A stretch of 64,000 nucleotides of DNA from a virus: positions 36,349-100,348 of IMG/VR virus record IMGVR_UViG_3300002498_000005. One strand, given 5' to 3'. The position numbers and the translations under genes are program-made. The notes beneath the pieces are model-generated. The model was not told where the DNA came from, did not search any database, and was given only the letters and a program-made list of their open reading frames with translations. This document shows, one piece after another, positions 40,880-48,590 of this stretch; within the stretch, counting starts at the first letter, position 1, and each line of letters begins with the position of its first letter.

Positions 40880-41022
40880 TACTTCAATGCCTCAACTTGT
40901 ATGGAGATAGGACAACCTGTTAGCACGGAATATGTCCTCCCCTTATTCTTGATTACTAGAATTATGTCAAGGTTACAGAGGCTATGTTTTAATTTAATTT
41001 CATTTATAAGGGGAGTTACAAC

Positions 41023-41733
41023 ATGGTAGATTTATTAACAATACTAAATACTATTAATAACTATGGAATACCACTACTAATATCGGGAATGGTTCTTTTG
41101 GCTGTATGGGAAGGCATCAAATTTGTAATTGCTAAACTTAAAAGAGAATCAGACAGTCAACAAAAACAGGTAAATATGCTAACCGATATGCTTTTTAAAG
41201 TCGTAGAAGAAAAATTTGGATTAGTAAATCCTATAGACTTTTCTAACGATCCTCATACCGATAAGATTGAAGACCTTTTAAATGCTCTATTACAAGAAAC
41301 TGATTGTGATTGTTGTAGTGTTTTTTCCTATCATAATGGTGGAACAGATATGCTGGGAGTGCCATTTCAAAAAATGTCGTGCACAAACCAAAAGGTTAGG
41401 ATGGGTATTTCACCAACTGCAAATAATTTTCAAGCTATGTATAAGTCTAGCCTTCATTATATAGTATCAGCAATAAAGAATACTAAGCATTGTTATATTG
41501 ATGATATAGAAACACTTAAATCTATTGATTACGGAGTATATGATATTTTAAAACAGAACAATATTAAGAGTATGTATTGTGAAGGAATAATGAATTTAAG
41601 CGGAGTAATTATAGGGTATGTGGCAATTAGTTACAAAATAACCCCCATTTCAAAAGATGATGTAGATCAGACAGTGGCTACTCTGAAACAGTTTGCTCAT
41701 TTTATTGAAGGTGTTCGGATAGCAAAAGAATAA
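41023..41733 (+). CDS. Membrane protein with GAF-like domain (lysis module)
   Basis: N-terminal TM; VFSYHNGG..PFQKMSCT...IKSMYC..I....G.IIGYVAISY. Confidence 0.6.
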   Translation: MVDLLTILNTINNYGIPLLISGMVLLAVWEGIKFVIAKLKRESDSQQKQVNMLTDMLFKVVEEKFGLVNPIDFSNDPHTDKIEDLLNALLQETDCDCCSVFSYHNGGTDMLGVPFQKMSCTNQKVRMGISPTANNFQAMYKSSLHYIVSAIKNTKHCYIDDIETLKSIDYGVYDILKQNNIKSMYCEGIMNLSGVIIGYVAISYKITPISKDDVDQTVATLKQFAHFIEGVRIAKE

Positions 41734-41761
41734 TACAATTTTTACCTTATAAATAAGGTTT

Positions 41762-41801
41762 AAGGCTACTATACAGTAATATGTATAGTAGCCTTTTTTT
41801 T
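41762..41801. terminator. Terminator at the convergence of the two genome arms (possibly bidirectional)
   Basis: AAGGCTACTATACA-GTAATA-TGTATAGTAGCCTT-TTTTT. Confidence 0.85.
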
Positions 41802-42219
41802 ATAGTATTTGCTGGTAATAGTCGTGGATATATTCTACTGCTTCAGACATTGTAGTGCAAAATTTAGTTACGTGATTTTTTATCCATGGATGATTATCGG
41901 TTGTGCCGAAAGCAATCACTGGCTTATGTAGTATTCTGTCTGTATAAAATGATTCAATTGCAGTGCCTATACTATCAGGATAATCTAAATTTATTAATAA
42001 AATATCGCTATGGTCGAGCGCTATTAAATCAAAATTTTCACATTCCTTATCAGTAAAAGATTCTGGGTTCATATTAAAATTATAGAAGTCAACTGGGTTA
42101 ATAGTTTTTATGTCGTATACTTCTAATAGTCTTGTTGCTTCACTACGCCACATATTCATAGTATTAAAATCTAGCCCAGTCATTTTTCCGCCGAGATAGC
42201 ATGTAATTTTTTTATTCAT
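41800..42219 (-). CDS. Nucleoside 2-deoxyribosyltransferase-like protein
   Basis: YLGGKM, NP, D..SDIL, SIGTAIE. Confidence 0.75.
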   Translation of the reverse strand: MNKKITCYLGGKMTGLDFNTMNMWRSEATRLLEVYDIKTINPVDFYNFNMNPESFTDKECENFDLIALDHSDILLINLDYPDSIGTAIESFYTDRILHKPVIAFGTTDNHPWIKNHVTKFCTTMSEAVEYIHDYYQQIL

Positions 42220-42248
42220 AAAACACCCCTTTAATTAAAACTATAATT

Positions 42249-42617
42249 TTATTCTTTAATATCTTTTTTACTTAAATAATGAGGCAAGTCATCCCATTGC
42301 AATTCATCTAATTCTTGATGATGCACTATAGCTGCCAAATTCCAAATACAAGCAATGAGATGATCTTCGTCTTCACATCCCATTTTAAGTTGTTCTAAAT
42401 GTCTTTCTGCCGAATTAAGGTATCTTGAAAATGGCATACCTTTCTCCCAATTCCTATCTGCATATTTATTAGCCCCTCTTTCAAAATGAATAGCTAATCT
42501 TTTGATAAAAAATGGACTAATAAGATCATATCTTCCCTTCCCTGTTTCGGGTTCTCTCATTGCATTATTCTCACCAAAAGACATTCTTTTACCACTATCT
42601 TTTAATTTATCGTTCAT
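42249..42617 (-). CDS. dATP/dGTP diphosphohydrolase domain protein (DUF5664)
   Basis: KGRYDLISP..GANKYADRNWEKG..RH..EDHL..WN. Confidence 0.8.
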   Translation of the reverse strand: MNDKLKDSGKRMSFGENNAMREPETGKGRYDLISPFFIKRLAIHFERGANKYADRNWEKGMPFSRYLNSAERHLEQLKMGCEDEDHLIACIWNLAAIVHHQELDELQWDDLPHYLSKKDIKE

Positions 42618-43337
42618 TTATTTTCTTACTTCCTTTAATAAAAAATTATTCGGATTTAAATAGTCATATTTTATTTCAGCCCTATATCTCTCTAAAACCG
42701 CTTCTTCAAATGTATCAAATTGTCCAATATATACACGATTATATTTATTCCCTATTCGTACAGTCCATTTATGAGTGTCTTTACGATAGTGAACGCCCGA
42801 AACTCCCGATGTATTGTTTTTATGTGTTGAAATATTATGCGAATTAATTAAATTATTACAGGGTCTTAAATTAGTTTCTCTATTGTCTAGGGGGTTACGG
42901 TTAATGTGGTCAACAGTAACCTGTGGATTATCAACCACATTTAAAATAAATCGATGCATTAATATTAATTTATTGTTGATGAAAGCATATGGATATGTTC
43001 GATATTTATCTGCCATCCAAGTATATTTTAGAAGTTGTGATAAATTTTTAGTGTCTACTAAAATTTCTGCTTGTTTTTTAGTATATATAATTGCAGTGTC
43101 ATTATTTATAATTTTATAAGTATTTATATATTTTTGTACGCCTTTTAATTTTGATTCATGTATTAAACAACCACAACTCTTAGTTTCTCCCCTTAATAGC
43201 AAACCAGCTCTTGCTTCTTTTTGATTGCCACAATCACACTGACATAGCCAATATGATTCTGAATTTCTAGTGCCAAGATATTTTATTGTAGTTAATTTCC
43301 CAAATTTTTGACCTAATAAATTTCTCCAACGACTAAT
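42618..43337 (-). CDS. HNH-AP2 homing endonuclease (ATT start)
   Basis: Frame open to ATT 8 nt after GAGGTG; LLGQKFGKLT..CQCDCG..SCGC, MHR..DHINRNPLDNR..N, NTSGVSGV. Confidence 0.8.
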   Translation of the reverse strand: MSRWRNLLGQKFGKLTTIKYLGTRNSESYWLCQCDCGNQKEARAGLLLRGETKSCGCLIHESKLKGVQKYINTYKIINNDTAIIYTKKQAEILVDTKNLSQLLKYTWMADKYRTYPYAFINNKLILMHRFILNVVDNPQVTVDHINRNPLDNRETNLRPCNNLINSHNISTHKNNTSGVSGVHYRKDTHKWTVRIGNKYNRVYIGQFDTFEEAVLERYRAEIKYDYLNPNNFLLKEVRK

Positions 43338-43339
43338 TT

Positions 43340-44017
43340 TTAATTCACCTCTATATCATCAAATATAATTGGTATTATTTTTTTAAATTCCGTAAGCATC
43401 GGAATAGCGATTTCGCGCATTTGTGGATGGCTTGCTTTTGCTGTGCGAAGTTTAAAAAAGTGGCGCCATTCCCTCAAATCCATTGTCATTATAATTTCTG
43501 TTTTTAATGCGTTAGGCAATACTGATCTTGCTTGTTCTGGCTTCCAACCAGCACTTCGTAAACTTTTATAAGTATCTTCAGCACGGCACATAGCATTTAT
43601 CCAATTAATCTCGGAGCTGTCTATTTGTGCAAGTTTTGTGCCAATTATTATTTCATAAAAATCATTAGGCGTAAAGTTAGTATAATCGTTTTCAAACCAA
43701 CATGGTTGAATAAAAGTAACTTCGCCCTTATCATAATCACAATAACGAGTGCTTTCTTGACTATAGCTTGCAATCCTATGCCTTACGATTTCGTGGCTTA
43801 CTCCTCTATCGCATATTACACGCACAGATATTTTTTCATGTTCAATAACGGATTCATGCCCTCGTTTTATTATGCTTGATATAAATTTAGTTGCGCTATC
43901 TTCTGTAGTTTTATCTTCACTCTTATAGCAAATTCTGGCGGCTATTTCAATATTTTTTAACATTTGAGCGCCATTAACTTGTCCAATGATTTCAAAGCTG
44001 GGTTTAATTAATTTCAT
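43340..44017 (-). CDS. thyX: Flavin-dependent thymidylate synthase
   Basis: GHESVIEH, RHRIASYSQESTRY, ARSVLP. Confidence 0.95.
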   Translation of the reverse strand: MKLIKPSFEIIGQVNGAQMLKNIEIAARICYKSEDKTTEDSATKFISSIIKRGHESVIEHEKISVRVICDRGVSHEIVRHRIASYSQESTRYCDYDKGEVTFIQPCWFENDYTNFTPNDFYEIIIGTKLAQIDSSEINWINAMCRAEDTYKSLRSAGWKPEQARSVLPNALKTEIIMTMDLREWRHFFKLRTAKASHPQMREIAIPMLTEFKKIIPIIFDDIEVN

Positions 44018-44030
44018 TAAATTTCTCCTT

Positions 44031-44495
44031 TTATTTAATATTAGAACTCCCGAATCCACCGATACGTTCGTTATTAATCGGATTATCCGTGTCAGTTGTT
44101 AAATATTTACTAAATTTTGCTTGTGCAATTCTATCTCCAATTTTAATTTCAAAAGGTAGCCTACCATTATTAGCTAATACAATACCAATATTGCCATCAT
44201 TTTTTGGGTTTTCATAATAAGAGGAGTCTACCCAACCAATGGTGTTTGCAATGACAATATCAAATTTAGCGCCGTTACCAGAGCGAGTATTTACTTCTAG
44301 TATTTCATCTGGCATCATACGTGCTTTTATATCAGTCCATATTGTACGTTTAGTACCAGCCCTTATAATTATATCAACTGGAGAGTAGATATCGTACCCT
44401 GCCGAGCGTGGGTCTGCCCTACGTGGCATCATAAATTCAATTTCTGGTTGTTGTTTGGATTCTTCTTTTACTGGTTCAAAATCTCTTTGTGTCAT
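44031..44495 (-). CDS. dut: Trimeric dUTPase
   Basis: AGYDI, RSG, GWVDSSY, GDRIAQ, RIGGFGSS. Confidence 0.93.
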   Translation of the reverse strand: MTQRDFEPVKEESKQQPEIEFMMPRRADPRSAGYDIYSPVDIIIRAGTKRTIWTDIKARMMPDEILEVNTRSGNGAKFDIVIANTIGWVDSSYYENPKNDGNIGIVLANNGRLPFEIKIGDRIAQAKFSKYLTTDTDNPINNERIGGFGSSNIK

Positions 44496-44510
44496 TTTAT
44501 CGTCCTTTCG

Positions 44511-44696
44511 CTATATAATTTTAGCTTTAACTTCGCTTATGGTGTCATATTTTTCATCCATAAATAAATTTAAATCATGCTCCAATATTTTGGCGAAGCC
44601 GTCTTCTATTTGTTTTCTACTTAGATGATCGGCTTTAGCATCTGCAAATGTATCATATTGGGTTGTTTCATAAACAAATGTGCATTTAATCTTCAA
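44511..44696 (-). CDS. Hypothetical protein
   Basis: GAGGG RBS, TTG start. Confidence 0.5.
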   Translation of the reverse strand: MKIKCTFVYETTQYDTFADAKADHLSRKQIEDGFAKILEHDLNLFMDEKYDTISEVKAKII

Positions 44697-44723
44697 TATA
44701 ATCCCTCATTTAAAATTCATGTT

Positions 44724-44837
44724 TTATTTTTTTATTGCTCGAATAATAGCTTCAATTCCTTCGAGTACCGCTGTGATTAACATAAGAAATCCTACGAATA
44801 TCCAAAAATTTGAAAATATAAATTGTATAAATTCCAT
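44724..44837 (-). CDS. 37-aa single-TM peptide
   Basis: GAGG RBS; MEFIQFIFSNFWIFVGFLMLITAVLEGIEAIIRAIKK; not in the ORF track. Confidence 0.6.
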   Translation of the reverse strand: MEFIQFIFSNFWIFVGFLMLITAVLEGIEAIIRAIKK

Positions 44838-44878
44838 TATTTTACCTCATTTAAAACTGTCATTTTATTCATATTTTT

Positions 44879-44926
44879 ATACCATATATAGTATGCCTAC
44901 ATTTATAATACTACCATATATAGTAT
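44879..44926. promoter_or_regulatory. Tandem NrdR boxes upstream of the dut/thyX cluster
   Basis: ATACCATATATAGTAT and CTACCATATATAGTAT, 32 bp apart. Confidence 0.75.
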
Positions 44927-44930
44927 AGCA

Positions 44931-45101
44931 TTATCTATTTTTTTCTGTGCCACCATTATTTTTTATATAGTCTTTTAATTCTTGGGAAAATTCATGGATT
45001 AAACAAACTGCTTCCCAACCTTTGTTTTTAGTACATATAGCTATCTGGGTTTCGTTAATAGGAATAGTTCCTCCACATAAAGGGTAAATAGATGTTATCA
45101 T
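44931..45101 (-). CDS. Hypothetical protein
   Basis: GGGAG RBS. Confidence 0.45.
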   Translation of the reverse strand: MITSIYPLCGGTIPINETQIAICTKNKGWEAVCLIHEFSQELKDYIKNNGGTEKNR

Positions 45102-45106
45102 TTTTT

Positions 45107-45400
45107 TTACTCCCAACGCCTTCGTCTTTTTTTATTGTGCTGAGGATTGTCACAGTTGCATTTCTTCATAAGTATTTGGTCAGCTTCTAATCTCCCTAAG
45201 CTTAATTCATATCCTCTAATGTTTATTTCCATAGGGTCACCAAGTGGAGCCACTTTACGCATTGTAATTTTTGTGTCGGGCGTTATTCCCATTTCCATAA
45301 GTCTTTTTTTGATTTGGGGTGAGCCACCTACACTTTGTACTATTCCATATTCTGATGGCTTTAATTTACTCAAAGTAATCAACACGCCGTTATTATTCAT
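45107..45400 (-). CDS. feoA: FeoA-domain protein
   Basis: KRLMEMGITP..I....APLGDPMEINIRGYELSL. Confidence 0.88.
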   Translation of the reverse strand: MNNNGVLITLSKLKPSEYGIVQSVGGSPQIKKRLMEMGITPDTKITMRKVAPLGDPMEINIRGYELSLGRLEADQILMKKCNCDNPQHNKKRRRRWE

Positions 45401-45476
45401 TCTTTGGTATCCTTTTTAAAATAATCATTTAATTTATAAATAATTATTTCTGCTTTTTTGTGCTATTACCTATATT

Positions 45477-45845
45477 TTATTTTTTAGCCCATTCACTATA
45501 AACATTTACGAGATGGGGAAAAGTTTTACCATCAAAGAATGTTTGATAATCATTGTCTTCATTAAATAATATAATGGCGCGTTCGTAATTCTCTTTAAAT
45601 CTTTCTTGGTTAACGTCATGCTTCAAGTATCTGGAACATGCTTCATCCATAACTCCCAACAGACTACTGCGAGCAGACGTTAAAAGTCTCCCGTAAAAAT
45701 CTTTATGAATACTATCTGCTAGTTCGTATTTTTCAACCTTATCTTCAACGTTTTGTACGGCGCTAAATATCAAGGCAGATATTTGATTTTCATTTTGGGA
45801 TTTTGTGTATTGTTCCAATAGAGAATATATTTTTTTATTAAACAT
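45477..45845 (-). CDS. Hypothetical protein
   Basis: AGGGG RBS, 122 aa. Confidence 0.6.
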   Translation of the reverse strand: MFNKKIYSLLEQYTKSQNENQISALIFSAVQNVEDKVEKYELADSIHKDFYGRLLTSARSSLLGVMDEACSRYLKHDVNQERFKENYERAIILFNEDNDYQTFFDGKTFPHLVNVYSEWAKK

Positions 45846-45881
45846 TATTTTGATTTCCCCTTTCTAATTAAAATCTAACTT

Positions 45882-46577
45882 TTATTTACTTAATGGGATA
45901 TTATCATATTCTAATAATTCTTTCCTAATATATTTAGCTTCAGCATTCTCTCTAGCATGTACCGCATCTTCAAAATATTTAAACGAGCCTAAATAAATTT
46001 CTTGTTTATTTATTTTAATTCTTGCTCTCCATTTTTGTGATTGCTTTTGCCAATCAACGCCCTTTGCCCCACTATTGTTATGTTTAGATAATTTTGCCGT
46101 TAATGCATTTTCAATATTGGTAACATATTTTAAATTACATCTTCTATTGTCCCATTCGCATTTATTTAAATGATGAATAATAGAATTTGGGCTATCCATA
46201 ATCAATTTGTGGAGTTTGACATTTTTACCTTGTATTCTCGTTATGACATACTTATCAAAATCTAAATACCAATTATGCTCTTTAACTAAATTTAAGTCCT
46301 GAATGTCAAAATAAAAAACGTCGTTAGTATCAGTAATCCCCACACAATAATTATCCTTAATTAGGATTTTTGTTTCTCCTACCGAATTTCTTTTCCTTGT
46401 TTTATAAAGACAGCCACATGATTTAATTCTGCCACTCGTAAGATGTGATGCTCTAACTGATTTAATTGTATGGTTTTCGCATAAGCATTGACAAATATAA
46501 TAATATTTTTTTGTGTCATCTTGACTAATTACTTGGAGATTTCCGAAAATGTCTCCGATTTTAATTATTTTTTCTAT
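45882..46577 (-). CDS. HNH-AP2 homing endonuclease (ATA start)
   Basis: Frame open to ATA after GAGGG; IGDIFGNLQV..CQC.C..SCGC, LHK..HH....DNRRCN, NNSGAKGV. Confidence 0.8.
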   Translation of the reverse strand: MEKIIKIGDIFGNLQVISQDDTKKYYYICQCLCENHTIKSVRASHLTSGRIKSCGCLYKTRKRNSVGETKILIKDNYCVGITDTNDVFYFDIQDLNLVKEHNWYLDFDKYVITRIQGKNVKLHKLIMDSPNSIIHHLNKCEWDNRRCNLKYVTNIENALTAKLSKHNNSGAKGVDWQKQSQKWRARIKINKQEIYLGSFKYFEDAVHARENAEAKYIRKELLEYDNIPLSK

Positions 46578-46586
46578 ATTTATCCC

Positions 46587-47180
46587 TCACTTGCTACTTA
46601 GTGGCACATCAAAATCGTGGGTGACACATGGTCTACTCACCACGTAATCACACATAAATACAAATTTTTGGATAGCTTTCTGTGGATATGGTAACACATC
46701 TTTCCCCGACCTATAGTCTTGCGTATAACACCCCATATGAGTCTCTATCAATGACATAATTTTATTAAAAGATTCTTGATCTAATATTTCTTTTATATCG
46801 TCTTGTTGCTTACAAAATGTAACCATTTCTAGGGGATGAGTAGCAATAGAATATTTTTGTTGTATAATCCCGCTTTTTACACCATCATGTAGAATTAGTG
46901 CAGACGTAATCATATCTTTTTCTATATCCGAATACCTGTCCCCAAACATGGGGCACCTGAGCATTTCTTGAGCAAATCTAACTGCCGCCCTCACATGTAA
47001 TACTAGTCCGCCAGCTTCTCTTGCAAATGCTGGATGAAATTTGTTTGTGCTACTTGCACTCACCTCAAAAAAATAATCTGGCAATTTTCCAATCATTTGA
47101 GTAGTAAATTCTCGAATTTGTTCATTTTTAATATAATTTAATTCTGATTTGAAACATTGAATTTTTTCTTCTGATTTCAT
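46587..47180 (-). CDS. HD-domain phosphohydrolase
   Basis: GGLVLH, LILHD, HP, THMG, CDY. Confidence 0.85.
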   Translation of the reverse strand: MKSEEKIQCFKSELNYIKNEQIREFTTQMIGKLPDYFFEVSASSTNKFHPAFAREAGGLVLHVRAAVRFAQEMLRCPMFGDRYSDIEKDMITSALILHDGVKSGIIQQKYSIATHPLEMVTFCKQQDDIKEILDQESFNKIMSLIETHMGCYTQDYRSGKDVLPYPQKAIQKFVFMCDYVVSRPCVTHDFDVPLSSK

Positions 47181-47878
47181 TATTTCTCCTTCAATTGTAA
47201 TGTGTTTTGGAATTCTCCAAATATTTTTATTTCTGCTTCTATTCTCGCTTTATATGCGGACTCAAAATCATTAAATCTTCCTAATTTAATGTTTTTATTA
47301 TTTTCTGTAATATATGCACACCATTTACCCGTGCTTTCCTTACAAACACCTGTTTTGCCACTTTTATTATTGATGGCTAAATTTTTATTCATAGTATTTT
47401 CTCTACATGTACATGCTCTTAAATTTGATTTGCGATTATTAGTTAAATCATGATCTATGTGGTCTATAAAAACTTTAGAATTTTTAACATCCATTATTAA
47501 GCGATGAAGGGCTATATTTTTGTGTGATTTATTAGCATATACATAACCGTCTCCGCCATGTACCGACCAATAATAATTTTTAATTTTTATATAATCTTCT
47601 TTATCAATTATAAAACTTCTATTATATTCATCATAAACTAAACAGTCATTTCCGTTAAATATATACTGATTATTTTTTCTTTTTTGATTGTTTACTTCTT
47701 TTTTATAGCAACCACAGGACTTTGTTATTCCCCTAGTAAAATTATTTCGTCTAACAATAACTTCCTTACCACAATCACAAATACATCGCCAATATGACGC
47801 CTCATTATATATGTGCGAAAATCCTACAACGGTTAATCTATTAAATTTTTGCCCTGTTAAATCTATAATCTTTCCTAT
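47180..47878 (-). CDS. HNH-AP2 homing endonuclease (ATA start)
   Basis: Frame open to ATA 9 nt after GGAGG; GKIIDLTGQKFNRLTV..CICDCG..SCGC, LHR..DHIDH....NRKSNLR. Confidence 0.82.
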   Translation of the reverse strand: MGKIIDLTGQKFNRLTVVGFSHIYNEASYWRCICDCGKEVIVRRNNFTRGITKSCGCYKKEVNNQKRKNNQYIFNGNDCLVYDEYNRSFIIDKEDYIKIKNYYWSVHGGDGYVYANKSHKNIALHRLIMDVKNSKVFIDHIDHDLTNNRKSNLRACTCRENTMNKNLAINNKSGKTGVCKESTGKWCAYITENNKNIKLGRFNDFESAYKARIEAEIKIFGEFQNTLQLKEK

Positions 47879-47910
47879 TTCGATTAACCTCCATAAATTA
47901 TTCTATACAT

Positions 47911-47940
47911 ATTATACCATATAAATAGTATAATTGTCAA
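47911..47940 (-). promoter_or_regulatory. Sigma-A promoter
   Basis: TTGACA-18 bp-TATAAT with extended -10 TG on the minus strand. Confidence 0.7.
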
Positions 47941-47948
47941 TACTTTCA

Positions 47949-48590
47949 TTATATGCTAATAAATTCATTGGCATAATATGGAGTATTTTTATGATACTTA
48001 TTATTCAATCCAGCAATATATTTTTTATTGTCCTCGAACACATCTAAATCTAGAAATGGATATTGCACACTTCTAATTTGACTATATCCACTATCAGATT
48101 CTACAGTAAATTCAACGGATTGCGCCATTTTGTTGACGTCAACAACTTCACCGAGTGTTAATTTAATTATCTCTGCATCGCCCTCGCTGTCGATGTATTG
48201 GTAAGGAAGCTTCATATCCGTGTGAAAACCATCTATTAAATGTCTTATTTTACGCATTTTTTCTGGGAAGCAACCATTTGTATTAACAATAATCAAACCG
48301 TCGTAATAGGCTTTTAAATCTTCTAAAAACACCGCTATATCACTAGATTTATTTAAAAGGAATTCGCCACCACTTAATATGATGGCGTCTGATAAATATC
48401 CGTTTTGTTTGACTTGAGATAAAATATACATTTTATCACATGTTTCTGTCTCATTTACATCACTTACAAGTGCTTTATAATTAAAACACTTGTAGCAATG
48501 TAAGTTACAACCAATAGTATTGATTATTAAAGAAGTGTGATTAGGTAGGTCAACAAAACTTCGTATAATGTTTTTACTGAATAACATCAT
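47949..48590 (-). CDS. nrdG: Anaerobic RNR activase (radical SAM)
   Basis: GCNLHCYKCFN, LSGGE, NTNG; coupled to nrdD. Confidence 0.85.
   Translation of the reverse strand: MMLFSKNIIRSFVDLPNHTSLIINTIGCNLHCYKCFNYKALVSDVNETETCDKMYILSQVKQNGYLSDAIILSGGEFLLNKSSDIAVFLEDLKAYYDGLIIVNTNGCFPEKMRKIRHLIDGFHTDMKLPYQYIDSEGDAEIIKLTLGEVVDVNKMAQSVEFTVESDSGYSQIRSVQYPFLDLDVFEDNKKYIAGLNNKYHKNTPYYANEFISI

Noticed and set aside
42249-47180. Z-base (2-aminoadenine) genome pathway
   Set aside because: DUF5664 and HD genes are present but there is no PurZ-like gene in the window.
42618-47878. Truncated or frameshifted HNH pseudogenes
   Set aside because: Frames are continuous to an SD-positioned ATT/ATA with intact domains.
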